Shown: positions 44,750 to 54,813 of the stretch, piece by piece
Position numbering within the stretch: position 1 is the first letter of the stretch
Layout: the number at the start of each line of letters is the position of its first letter
From: Hyaloraphidium curvatum SAG 235-1
Lineage: Eukaryota > Fungi > Monoblepharomycota
Direction: 5' to 3'
Assembly (NCBI GenBank): GCA_025558095.1
Contig: JAIVFI010000002.1
Coordinates: 124,001-188,000, forward strand
DNA length: 64,000 bases
Notes under the pieces: model-generated
The model's input: the letters and a program-made list of their open reading frames with translations, nothing else
What the model was told of the DNA's origin: nothing
Database searches by the model: none
Program-made: the position numbers and the translations under genes

Positions 44750-46394
44750 GCATCGAAGGGGTGTTGCCGAGGCGAGACTTCCAGTTGAGTGGGCGGCGGT
44801 TGGCATTCTTCTCCAACTCCCAGCACTCGTCCTGAGCATGCCCATCCATGCCACAGAGATGGCAGTGGCGAGGCTGGAAGCGCTTCTGGTCGCGGTACTC
44901 CGAGGTGAAGGGCCGGCGATCCTGGCGCTCCTGCTGCTGGCGGGGCCGATCGATCGGAGGAGGCCTCGCGGGGGGGTTCGACCTGGTCTCCGCGGCCTGA
45001 ACCTGATGGCGAGGCGACGGCAGCAGCTTGGTGATGAGCTCCTTGATCTCGACGAGGTCGCTGTTCGGCCCCGAAGGCGGCAACGGCTGGCTCCGACGAG
45101 ACTGGAAGGGGACGAAACGGCGCGGAGGCCGGAACGCAGACTCCCCCGGCGGTCCACCGGTGGGCCTGCGCTCTCCCTTAGGCTCCAGCAGCTTTGTGAG
45201 AGCCTGCGTATGAGCCAGCAGCACTTCCGTCGTCGCCTTGTCGGTCGCCTTGGAGGAGCCCGAAGACGAGTGCTGGCCGACCAGAGCCGGAATCTCCGAA
45301 ATCGAGTTCTGGCCCAGGAAACGGATGTCGCGCGGCTGCGCAGGGCCCGATGCTTGCATGACGGTGCGCATCTTCTCGATGACCTTGGTGACGGAAGTGC
45401 GGTTGATGAGGTGATCCCCGAGGAGCTCCAGCGCCTTCCCGCGTAGCTCCGGGCGCAGTCCGTAGAGCAGGTTCTGGCCGTACACGCTGTCTTGCACTTC
45501 CCTGGTAGGAAGCTGATCGCCGCAGTGCGAGAGGAAACGCGTCTCGGCCAGGGATACGCGGGCAACGAAGGCGTCGAGGGTCTCATCGTTGGTCATCTGA
45601 ATCGTGTTGTAGTGCCGGCGATAATGCATCGATGCGTCGCGGGGCTCGAAGTGGTAGCGTAGCCAGGCAAGCACATCGTTCTGGGTCACCGGAGGATAGG
45701 TGGCCGTCGCGGGATAGTCCGGAGGGCGGTTCTGCGGCGTGATGTTGTGCCACATTGCGCGCGGCAGAGGCCCAAGGAAGACCGGGAAGACCTTGACGAG
45801 GTTGTTGATGGAGCCGAACGCCGTGAGAACCGTAGTGAGGTCGCGGAAGAAGTCTTCCGGGTCCTGCGTAGCGGGATCGAAGGGCTGAACAGAAGCAGGC
45901 AGCAGCTGAGCCGGGAGCTTGGCGGCTCCGCCCTGGCGATCCGCCTGGGGGAGGCCGGTGCTTCCATCGTTCGGCGGCTGAGCGCCAACGATGGCCCGTA
46001 CGGCGTCGACGAACTGCTGCGGCTGGAGACCAGCGGCGGCAGCGTTGACAGCCGGGGCTTGCTCGCTCCGCTGACCCTGCTGCTGTGCGGCGAGCTGCTG
46101 GAGCTGCTGCGCTGCAAGCTGCTCGGCGGCGGCTTGCTGTTGAACTTGGGCAGCTGGCAACTGCTGAGCGGTCTGTTGCGCCACGAGCTGAGCGGCAAGC
46201 TGATCGGCGACGGCTTGCTGGGCGGCTTGCTGGGCGGCGAGTTGGGCGACGTCGTTGGCGGCGGCGCCGACTTGCTGGATCGCGGCCTGCGCAGCTTGGA
46301 TAATCGCCTGGGCCTGCGGGTTGTTCTGCAAATCGTTAGCTTCCTGAGGCTGCTGAACCTCCTGCTGAGGGGCGGCTTCTTGAACGGGGTCCAT
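44739..46394 (-). CDS. gag: Gag with Gln/Ala-rich N-terminus and CCHC zinc knuckle
   Basis: Capsid-like FDPATQDPEDFF...QMTNDETLDAFVAR...GLRPEL; knuckle CHLCGMDGHAQDEC. Confidence 0.9.
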   Translation of the reverse strand: MDPVQEAAPQQEVQQPQEANDLQNNPQAQAIIQAAQAAIQQVGAAANDVAQLAAQQAAQQAVADQLAAQLVAQQTAQQLPAAQVQQQAAAEQLAAQQLQQLAAQQQGQRSEQAPAVNAAAAGLQPQQFVDAVRAIVGAQPPNDGSTGLPQADRQGGAAKLPAQLLPASVQPFDPATQDPEDFFRDLTTVLTAFGSINNLVKVFPVFLGPLPRAMWHNITPQNRPPDYPATATYPPVTQNDVLAWLRYHFEPRDASMHYRRHYNTIQMTNDETLDAFVARVSLAETRFLSHCGDQLPTREVQDSVYGQNLLYGLRPELRGKALELLGDHLINRTSVTKVIEKMRTVMQASGPAQPRDIRFLGQNSISEIPALVGQHSSSGSSKATDKATTEVLLAHTQALTKLLEPKGERRPTGGPPGESAFRPPRRFVPFQSRRSQPLPPSGPNSDLVEIKELITKLLPSPRHQVQAAETRSNPPARPPPIDRPRQQQERQDRRPFTSEYRDQKRFQPRHCHLCGMDGHAQDECWELEKNANRRPLNWKSRLGNTPSMPKN

Positions 46395-46542
46395 GTTTGG
46401 CGAAGGGGAATGAACTTGGTTGACGGAATACGGTTGACAGAAAAGAGTGGCAGTCGACAAGCGCCGGTGCCAGGCGAAGTTGTTTTTGGATTATCGAAGT
46501 CGAAACTGAAGTCGAACGAGGTGTCGAAGACCCGAGAGCAGG

Positions 46543-46560
46543 ATCACGGAGGTCGGACCA
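46543..46560 (-). promoter_or_regulatory. Primer binding site TGGTCCGACCTCC..., probably tRNA-Tyr
   Basis: Starts with TGG 1 nt inside the 5' LTR; complementary to a ...AGGUCGGACCA tRNA 3' end. Confidence 0.75.
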
Positions 46561-46561
46561 G

Positions 46562-47037
46562 TGCGACGGTCCGGGTCGGAACCGGGCCTGAAGCTCTAAC
46601 CCGGCGCGCGAATCCCGCTCGGCTCTTCGGGTCGGATAGGCCCTGAATATGAATAAGCGAACAGCGCTGAAGATACTTGACTGTAGCCGGGGGAAAGAGG
46701 TTACGGGATGTCTCCCGGGGTGCGTCCCAAGGGCTCTCAGAACGAGGATCCGGCCGGGCGGGGTTCCGCACGGTGGTCGAACGACACGGAGAGCACGTAG
46801 AGTCAACTGGCGATCAAGATTGTACTGTTACATGTCCCGCTCTTTATATATCCCAGGAGGGTGGCTGTGCCGAGTCACTTGCGAGTCGCTCGCGAGTCGC
46901 TCGCGAGTGACTCGCGAGTCACTCGCGAGTCGATCGCGAGTCGATCACGAGTCGATCGCGAGGACCGACGCCTCCACGCCTCCGAACCGAAAATGAAAAT
47001 ACCCTTGTCCGAATGTCAGACGTCCTGTACCTTCGCA
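46562..47037 (-). repeat. 5' LTR (476 bp)
   Basis: Identical to 39781-40256. Confidence 0.95.
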
Positions 47038-50005
47038 GGCGCTGGTCCTCGAGACGCGTAAGGTCGCTCTGCAGGCCGTGCCAAACCGGCTGGGCGAAGA
47101 AACTGGCGTCCGCAGGGAGCGTACGGCGGGCGGGCGCGGCGCCCACCGGTTGCCCAGCACGCGCAGCCTCGGCGTACGCTGCGGCCGTGTCATCCTCGAC
47201 ACGCTCAAAGGCGGGGCGGAGGGCCTCGATGACGGGAACCAGTTCCCGCACGTGCTCCACGCCCACACCCCGGGCCGAGGTTCGAAGACCAAGCATGGCG
47301 TCCAAGGGGCCCGCCGTGAGGTTGAGTGAAGACAGGTAAGCCGCCGAGGCCACCTTCTCCGATGACAGAAGCCCCATCCCCGAGTAGTGCAGACCCAAGA
47401 ATACCTGCTCCCGCACAGTCCGACCCTCCACCGACAGCGGATCCAGATCCTCGGCCCGATCTCCCAGCAAGCGCAAGAAGGTGGTGAAAAGCGCGTTGTC
47501 AAGACGTCGAGCAAAGGGTTGGGTAACCGAGGGGGGGAGAATGCGGAGCCAAAACGAGAAGAGCTGGGTCACACAGAGACGGAGGAGGGAGTACAGGCCC
47601 TGGAGGGAGGGGATGTCGGCCGGCATGGCGTAGCCGAGCGCAGCGCGCTCGATTTCATCGAGAAGAGCGGCAATGGAGTCGATCTTGGCCGCGAGGAACG
47701 ACTCCACATAGGCAGGGGTGCCGACCGGGGCACCTACCACCTTGAGGCCGCACGAGCGAGCAAAGTCAGGCGAGCCCGGGGCCGACGCCGTGGCATGCAC
47801 CTCGGGGTCGGCCTCGTGAGGCGGGAAGCCAGCGACGCGGATGTTGTGGGCCGCACCGGCCGTGCGCACCCGCTCCAGCACGGCCGGGTTCGTCGAGAGC
47901 GAAAGCAGGTAGCTCTTGTCCGGGCGGTGGGTCATGCCGAGGGAAGCAAGGCCGTCACGCACCTCTCCCAGGACGGCCATGACCGAGTCCAGCGGCCCGA
48001 CCACGGTGAGGTCGTCGAGGTACCCAAGGATGAGGCAGTCGGGGTGCCCAGAGCGGATGGGCCGCAGCATGCGGCTCATGGCGCAGGAGAAGATGGCAGA
48101 CGACAGCGGGTCGCCCTGGATGTTGCCCTCGTACATGGTGATCCGGAAAAGGAGCTCCGCCGAGCGCCGGTCGCGGAAGTAGGCGTGGGAAGGGCGCGAG
48201 TAAACGAGGTTGTAGTACGGGATAAGCTGAGGCACCTGGCGGACCACCTCGCGCGCGAAGAGGCGGCGCAGCGTATTGAAGGCGTTCCTAGAGTCGACCT
48301 TCATGACGACGTGGTCGGGGAAGGCCGCCAGCCACGCGTTCACCGCGTGGGCGGTCGCCTCCGCGCCCCCGTCCACCCCGTGACCCAGGTCCTCCTGCTG
48401 TTGGAGCTTCCTCAGAAGAGCCTTGTGCCGCACGGCCAGGTACGAGCCCGCGAGCCGCGTGATGCCCTCCATAATGCCAATCGGCCGGAGCCCCCCCTCC
48501 GGCTTGAGCAGAGGGACGAGGATTTGATCCGTGAGGAGCGGCCGGAGCATGGGGGTGTCGAGTCGGCCAGTGCACACGCCGTGCACCATGGCCGCCAGCG
48601 GGCGGAGCTTCCGTCGCGTCGCGTCGTTCTCGCAGTTGTGCACGATGAAAAGTTTGGCCATGCTGAAACCCGACATGCCGGCCCCCACGCCGTCCTTCTT
48701 CCGGCGCAACCGGGCCCAGATGTCCTCCAGGAAAGCCGCGTCCGTGTAGGCAGGGCAGGGCGCGGGCGCGTTGGGGGGCAGAGACAGCCGACACAGCGGC
48801 TCTCCCTCCCGCGGCCCCGGGTACAGCTCCTCCAGTTCCGCCTGCAGCGTGGGCGTGAAGCCAGCCGGAACGGCCTCCCCCGAGAGCGCCGCGGACGCAG
48901 CACCAGGAGCGCCCTTCAAGGCGGCAAGCACGATGGCCTTGAAGAGCTGGTAGTTGAGCGGCCGCAGCCCGTCCCGCCGCGCGCCCCGGTTGACCTGACG
49001 GGCGGCGAAGTAGTTCTGCTCGTACATGTAGTCCCCCGACATGACGTAGCCGCCAAACGCAAGGTAGGCGGTGAGAGTGCGGTGCAGGTCGGTTTCCGGT
49101 GCCGCCGGGTCCTCGTAGGCCCGTTGGAAAGACTCGCTGGCCCGGAAGGCGAGCGTGCTCCAGGTGGTGGTCCGGTAGCGGTGCTTCAGCGGCTCCGGCG
49201 GCGGCGCCCCCGCGCCCCCGCCCGGCGGCGGATCAGGCCCGGGACCCCCGGGTGGACCACCGTCGCCTGGGTCGCCCGGATCACCGCCGTTGCCGTGCCC
49301 GCCAGCCGCGGCGTTGCCGCCCGGCGCGCCGTCGCCGCCTGGGGGATCACCGCCGTCCGGGGCGGCACGCGCCGCCGCCGCCGCCGCCGCCAGCGCCGCC
49401 CGTTGCGCCTGGACGTCCTGCGGGGCGTCGGCCGCAACCCGGGCGGCCGCAAGGGCCGCCATCAGCGCGGGCGCGGGTGGCGAAGCACGGGGAGATGCCG
49501 ACGATGCCGCCGGTGACGCCGGTCCCTCCGCGCGTCCCGTGGCAGCCGCCCGCTCGGCACGCACGCGGTCGAGGAACTCGACGAGATCGGGTGGAAGCGA
49601 AGCTAAAGAGACGCCGAGTGGCGGGTTAGCTGCGTCCGGGTTGCACGAGGTGTGCTGTCCAGAAACACCGGCACCAGAGGCGTTTGCGGCGTAGGGACGC
49701 CGGCAACCCCCGCACCGCGCGAGCCCCATGGCGCGCAACGCATCGGCAGACAGGCGCTGCATCGCCAACCAGTGCTCCGGGCTCCGTGTGACCCGAAGAT
49801 GACCGTCCCGTTTGTTTTTGTTTGGAGTTGGCTGGAAGCGGCAACCATCAACCGGGCACGCATGGAGGCCGGGTTCAGCAGGCGCCTCCGCCATCGGCAC
49901 ATCGCCGTCGATGCAAGATTGGTGATGAAGAGATAGAGCTCCGATGTTGGCGAAAGCTGCCGCGCAGCGGTGGCAGCTGTAAGGCAGGAGCGGCGTGCGG
50001 CTCAT
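47038..50005 (-). CDS. Non-LTR ORF, N-terminal part: zinc fingers plus CRE-type reverse transcriptase
   Basis: YSCHRC...HHQSC, CPVDGC; LRPIGI, GHGVDGGAE, KVDSRNAFN, QGDPLS, GYLDD, KVVGAPVG, GMGL. Confidence 0.92.
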
Positions 50006-50853
50006 GGCGAATACGGTGGCGGCGGCGATGCCGGTGTCCCGCCGCCAGGATCAGCTACCGCGGACGGTGCTTTGTCCGACGAGATATCCCAATCGTCGAG
50101 CGCATGTGTCCGCATCCAAACCTCCTGTGACTCGGTCAGGTCGCCCCCCGCCCTGTGCCAGGCCGCAAGCGCCGACCACCCGTCACCGATAGCATCACGG
50201 CCGCCGTCATCGAGGAGCTCGGAACCTGGCCATTCGAGGTGCGCCGGCGAACCGGGCTCCGTGTGAGCATACCAAGGAGGCAAGGTGCGCGTCGGAGTGG
50301 ATACTTCCGAGGAGCTCTGCCCCCCCCCGGCCGTTGGTGCCGGCGGCGTGCCGGGGGTTGTGCGGGGCGGCGCAGGCGGCAGCTGCAAGCTCGGCACGGC
50401 GGTTGCAGCTGGGGTTTCCCACGGAGGATGGCCTGGGTGCGCCGGGAGCATGGAAGCGGCCGAAGCCGGGGCATCAGCGATCAAGATCGGCGATGACGAG
50501 GAGGGAGATACTTCCGAGCGTGCCGCCCCTTTCCCCCCCGCTGGTGCCGGCAAGCGGGAGGAGCCGCGGGGCGGCGTGGGCAGAGTGTGACCCTCGGCCA
50601 AGCTAGGCACGGCATTTGGCCGAGGGGCCCCGGGGGACGCGGGGTCAATGTCGGAAGTCTCCCCTGCTGCCGCGAACGGCCTCGGAACTCGGTGAGACGT
50701 TGTAGATAGTGGTAGTTGGCGTACCGGTGAAGACTGCAAAACAGCAAAAGATGGAGGGGCTGACCGCGCCCGGGAGGTATCCGGACGAGCTCGGCGCCGA
50801 GAAGAGCAGCCCACTACTCGGCGTTGCCACTTGCTTGGTGGTGTTTTAGGCAT
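50002..50853 (-). CDS. Pro-rich 283-aa middle ORF of the non-LTR element
   Basis: Its ATG overlaps the ORF1 stop (ATGCCTAA) and its TGA overlaps the RT-ORF ATG (ATGA). Confidence 0.5.
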   Translation of the reverse strand: MPKTPPSKWQRRVVGCSSRRRARPDTSRARSAPPSFAVLQSSPVRQLPLSTTSHRVPRPFAAAGETSDIDPASPGAPRPNAVPSLAEGHTLPTPPRGSSRLPAPAGGKGAARSEVSPSSSSPILIADAPASAASMLPAHPGHPPWETPAATAVPSLQLPPAPPRTTPGTPPAPTAGGGQSSSEVSTPTRTLPPWYAHTEPGSPAHLEWPGSELLDDGGRDAIGDGWSALAAWHRAGGDLTESQEVWMRTHALDDWDISSDKAPSAVADPGGGTPASPPPPYSP

Positions 50854-52984
50854 TCAAGGACGGTGAGCCAGGAGCCGGCAGCAGGGATCCGGTTGACATG
50901 GAGGCGGCCTTGGCCTGGGGGGAGCCGGGCTTGCGAGCGGCCGCCTTGGCCTTCCGTTCCGCTTTGGCGGATTTGACGTCGATTTGCTGATACGGCTTGG
51001 CAACCTTGTCCGGGTTTGTCCCTGCCACATCCTCCACGGGACGGCCCTTGCCTGCGTGCTTGGGGCCTGGGGCCATCGTAGGATCACCAACCGCGGATGC
51101 CCCAGCGGCCTCATCGGCCGTGTGCATGTCTTCGCTTGGTGCCTCCGAGTTCGAACCATCGCCCTCAGCAGAGGCTTCGGAGGCAGCGTCGTTTCCACCC
51201 GAGGCCTCAGAGCCGGTGGCATCCTCCTCCATCGCAGATTCCGTGCCCTCCATTGCGGGAGCAGCAAGCTCCAGATCCTCCAGCGCGGTATTGGCTGCAA
51301 CCTGCTGTGCAGCACTGCTGATGGCGTTCTCAGCGGCCAGCTGGTCGGCACCACCCATGTCCTCGTCCCCATCCTTGTCAGCCGGCTCCAAAATGGGAAG
51401 ACCATGGAAATCCATCTTTTCGGCGGCGTCAGACTCCCCCCAATCGACCGAAGCACCGGCACTACCACCACCAAGTGCCGAAAACCGGTTGTGGGACGCC
51501 TTGGCCACTGGCTGGGCAAGAGCTGGGGGCGCAGAGCCTGCGCGCTTGCCGGACGGCCCAGCTGTAAGCCACTCGTCGGCCGCAGGGGCGGTGGGGGAAG
51601 CCAGATGCGGAGGAACGACCTCTTCCCTCAGGGGGGGCAGCCGTGGGGTCGTGGCGGGCTCCACCGTTGGGGGAGAGAGCCGTACGTTGGCCGGGTTGTG
51701 AATGCAGTCCGCCTCGTGTGCACGGCGTGCTTGCGGGCTGGCAAAGGCGCCGGGATTCATGCGGTTGAGACCGTCTGGGCAGTAAGCACAGTTGGTGCAC
51801 GTGGCATCGTCACCGACGTGGCCGCCCGTGCGCTTGCAGTGGCCGCACTGTCCGTTGCTACTGTCATAGCGGACAGCTGGGCGAAGGAGCTTGTGCTGGA
51901 GGAGCGTCCCCCACGAGTCAAGGAAGCAGTACGAGGGTGGGCCAATGCGTGCTGCGCGGTCAAAGAAGGCATCAACCCCGCACTGCGAGACGTCGAAAGT
52001 GACCCGCCAGAAGGCGTTGCTGTCGGTGCCCGAGATGGGAGCCGCTTCAATGACTTGGCAAGGGGCCCCATAGTGGTTCTGGAAAGTCGCGTAGAGGCGG
52101 GCCCACCAGTCCGGGCACTCGTGCACCGAACCAGGGACGATCATGGGCCCGATCTTGAGCTCGGCGTGCGTGTCCTTGAAGACAGGGTGGATGCGCAGCC
52201 GACGCGTCGGTCCGTTTGGGAACTTGACCTCCAGCACCCCCTGCTCCACCAAGGCGTTGATAGCGTCTGCCCCGTCGACAGCACCAACAACACAGAAGAG
52301 GTCCAGTCGCGAGTAACGCGGGTTGTAGCCTCGCGTCTCGGTCGTGAAGACGGTGGTGGGGAAGGTCGCCTTCGCCACGGCTTCGGCGACGACGCGCCGT
52401 CGGTCCTTTGGCACACCGTTGAGGTCGATGAGGCAGTGGGGGACAGGCCCAATGAAGGCCGGCGTGTAGCCCCGACCGTTGGCGTGCGGTTGCACCCGAT
52501 CGATGAGCTTGGCGTAGTTGGTGGGCGCCGAGAAAGGCATGGCAGAAGCCAGATGCTCCGCCATCGCGCCGTCCGTGACACGAACAATCGGGCGGTCGGG
52601 CGAGGTGCGCGACGTTGCTGCGGCGAAAGAGCGAGACCCCAGGCGCGTGGCGGGGGCGGTTGCTTTCGGGAGACGATTGTGCTGAGCCGGCTCCTCCCGG
52701 GCGCCGCCGTTGGCGGACGCGGGGCGGATTTCAGTGGTCGATTCAGCAGCGTCCTCCTTAGAACCTGTCAGCTGAGCCGTAGCACCAGCGGGGGCCGGCG
52801 CGGGCTCCTCTGCCGCGCCAGGGAGGCGAGGAGAGGCAGCGACGCCGGGAGCGTGGGAAGAGTGGACGGGATTCGCAAGCGCCTCCGAGGAGGCCGCGGC
52901 GAGCGCAGGGGAGACCTTGCCATCAGGCAGGACCACGGGAGCGGCCGCATCATTGGGCCCCTGCCCTGTGTCAGGGGGGTCCAT
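50846..52984 (-). CDS. ORF1 (gag-like) of the non-LTR element
   Basis: Intronless, about 712 aa from ATG 52984; CGHCKRTGGH...C and CAYC...HEADC zinc-binding motifs; acidic then basic disordered tail. Confidence 0.7.
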   Translation of the reverse strand: MDPPDTGQGPNDAAAPVVLPDGKVSPALAAASSEALANPVHSSHAPGVAASPRLPGAAEEPAPAPAGATAQLTGSKEDAAESTTEIRPASANGGAREEPAQHNRLPKATAPATRLGSRSFAAATSRTSPDRPIVRVTDGAMAEHLASAMPFSAPTNYAKLIDRVQPHANGRGYTPAFIGPVPHCLIDLNGVPKDRRRVVAEAVAKATFPTTVFTTETRGYNPRYSRLDLFCVVGAVDGADAINALVEQGVLEVKFPNGPTRRLRIHPVFKDTHAELKIGPMIVPGSVHECPDWWARLYATFQNHYGAPCQVIEAAPISGTDSNAFWRVTFDVSQCGVDAFFDRAARIGPPSYCFLDSWGTLLQHKLLRPAVRYDSSNGQCGHCKRTGGHVGDDATCTNCAYCPDGLNRMNPGAFASPQARRAHEADCIHNPANVRLSPPTVEPATTPRLPPLREEVVPPHLASPTAPAADEWLTAGPSGKRAGSAPPALAQPVAKASHNRFSALGGGSAGASVDWGESDAAEKMDFHGLPILEPADKDGDEDMGGADQLAAENAISSAAQQVAANTALEDLELAAPAMEGTESAMEEDATGSEASGGNDAASEASAEGDGSNSEAPSEDMHTADEAAGASAVGDPTMAPGPKHAGKGRPVEDVAGTNPDKVAKPYQQIDVKSAKAERKAKAAARKPGSPQAKAASMSTGSLLPAPGSPSLNA

Positions 52985-53092
52985 ACTCTGGTTCAAGCAA
53001 AACTTGGGCGACAATGGGCCGTCTCAGAAGAGCCCGCGTGCGCCGCGGGCGCTGCCCGCGCTTCTGCTGCTGGCTTGTGGCGAGGCCAGACG

Positions 53093-54604
53093 ATGAGCTA
53101 CCCGAACCCCGTTCTCTTCCGGTTGGAGATCCGCGGTGGCGGCTCCGGACCGCCAGAGACGGCGACAAAGGTCGTTGGCGTGCCTCCGGACAAGGCACTG
53201 GAACCGCCGTTGGTCCTCTCCGCCGCGGACGCACTCCTTGCCGATCCGGCGGCGAACTTTGCCGATTCGGTGCTCCAGACAACGCCGCGGAAGTGCGTCA
53301 AGTGCGGGAAGCCCACGACGGGCCGGGCGGTCGGAGCCTTGTATGTCCCGGCCGCCGCCGGTCCGCCGGACGAGTGCACGGTCACTGCCGTCCCTCATTG
53401 CGCCACGCCGGCGTGCAAGAGGGTTGCCCAGCAGCGGCTGCGCGAGGTGCAGGGGCCGATAAAGACCACGCGGCCCGAATCCAACGCGGTTACACCCCTT
53501 ACGATGCGGATCTGTGTGAGGGATCGGCGTCCGGACAGCCAAACCGTCTTCGAAGAAGTGTTTCTGGTGGACCACAAGGTACTGGACATGGAGGTTGAGA
53601 GGCGAAGTCATGTGCTCAGGGAGGTCATTTCCGTCGAATGGCGCCGCTCGTGCACAAAAACGTCCCGGTGGCCGTGCGTTGTTTGCGGACAGGGCTGCTT
53701 TTCTAGCTCGGCATTTTCGACCCTAACCTACCAGGGGGATCGCTTTTTCTTCATTACGAACCAGTGGCCGGCGTGCGCTCAGTCTCGGGGCGGTCCCATG
53801 AAGCCTTGTTTCGATCTCGCTCACGCTATCGTCGCCCGGTTCCAAGGGGACACGCCGGAAGATCGCCTGCGCTACGTTCTCGAGTCCAATCCGGACTTCA
53901 CGTGGGCTTACTTGAGGTTGTGCTACCGCTCAGCTGAAGGCAGCGACATCCTCGTGGGCGAGCTTGTGGACAAGCTTTCGCAGCGTTTCCGCAGCGACTC
54001 GGATCCGATCGGCAACATCTTGCAACCTGAGGTTGACGAGATGGTGAAGAAGGTAATGGCCGACCGCAAGCTGCCGTGTTTCCGCTGCGGAAAGCCCACT
54101 TTCGGTCGCTCGGCCCACTTCGACCGGCGCTCGGGCGATTGCGTGCCGCGGATAGAATACCACGGACTGCTCTTCCCGCATTGCATGGACGGACCGTGCC
54201 GGGCGTACACGGCGAGCCGTCTGCGGAAGCACGGAATGAAGGGAGGCGGGGGCATCACGACCTTCCGTTCCTGCGAGTGGTGCCAAAAGACGACCGACGA
54301 CCCCAAGAAGGACCTGAAGAGGTGCAGCGTATGTAAATCCGTCTTCTACTGCTCGCCAGAATGTGCACGCGCGGACAGGCCGAGGCATTCAGAGTGGTGC
54401 GTGCCGCCGAATAGCGCGCTGGGACCGACCGACGGAGGGAATGGAGACGAGGATGGCGGAGCGGTGGATCAGGAGGCTGCTGTGCAAGGCGAGACGGCCG
54501 AACCTGATGTCGCTTCGGGCTCCAACCCCGTCGGCGAGGAGGGGCCCAAGAACGACAACGGCGTCGCATCGAAAAAGAAGAAGAAGAAAAAGGCTGCGAA
54601 GTGA
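53093..54604 (+). CDS. MYND zinc-finger protein with three N-terminal CxxC...C-xn-C modules
   Basis: CEWC...KRCSVCKSVFYCSPECARAD...HSEWC; poly-Lys NLS-like tail. Confidence 0.8.
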   Translation: MSYPNPVLFRLEIRGGGSGPPETATKVVGVPPDKALEPPLVLSAADALLADPAANFADSVLQTTPRKCVKCGKPTTGRAVGALYVPAAAGPPDECTVTAVPHCATPACKRVAQQRLREVQGPIKTTRPESNAVTPLTMRICVRDRRPDSQTVFEEVFLVDHKVLDMEVERRSHVLREVISVEWRRSCTKTSRWPCVVCGQGCFSSSAFSTLTYQGDRFFFITNQWPACAQSRGGPMKPCFDLAHAIVARFQGDTPEDRLRYVLESNPDFTWAYLRLCYRSAEGSDILVGELVDKLSQRFRSDSDPIGNILQPEVDEMVKKVMADRKLPCFRCGKPTFGRSAHFDRRSGDCVPRIEYHGLLFPHCMDGPCRAYTASRLRKHGMKGGGGITTFRSCEWCQKTTDDPKKDLKRCSVCKSVFYCSPECARADRPRHSEWCVPPNSALGPTDGGNGDEDGGAVDQEAAVQGETAEPDVASGSNPVGEEGPKNDNGVASKKKKKKKAAK

Positions 54605-54813
54605 AACTGAAATTGAAGCAGATTGACTTCCAGGGGATCTGTCAGAAGCCTTTTCTCGTCCGATCGATCTCTGCTCTTCGACGAGCAAAACGGTCGAGAA
54701 AGGAGGGCGCCTATACTTCCCTGCCACTTCCCCGCCTCCGCGACCGCGTGATCTTCTTGCAACGACCGCCTTCCTTTTCGTCCGACGTGTCCGTCTCTCT
54801 GGTGCCCGTCGGA

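Larger units (their letters stand above)
39781..47037 (-). mobile_element. Ty3/Gypsy LTR retrotransposon, internally deleted (non-autonomous), 4-bp TSD GGCG
   Basis: Identical 476-bp LTRs with TGCGA...TCGCA termini; TSD at 39777-39780 and 47038-47041; PBS, PPT, gag, protease and partial RT. Confidence 0.95.
38762..53020 (-). mobile_element. RLE (CRE-like) non-LTR retrotransposon interrupted by an LTR element; outer boundaries approximate
   Basis: Contains a zinc-knuckle ORF1, a small ORF and an RT-CCHC-RLE ORF; no APE domain seen. Confidence 0.8.

Noticed and set aside
38750-53013. GCGACA at 38750-38755 and 53008-53013 as the TSD of the non-LTR element
   Set aside because: Six bases in GC-rich DNA can match by chance; it cannot be supported without other copies.
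38833-53014. DIRS/Ngaro or Penelope identity for the outer element
   Set aside because: No tyrosine recombinase, RNase H or GIY-YIG motifs; the RT and C-terminal motifs are RLE non-LTR type.
50984-53092. 1206-aa plus-strand ORF apparently extending the MYND protein N-terminally
   Set aside because: It is the in-register antisense shadow of retroelement ORF1 and has no recognisable motifs; the plausible start is ATG 53093.
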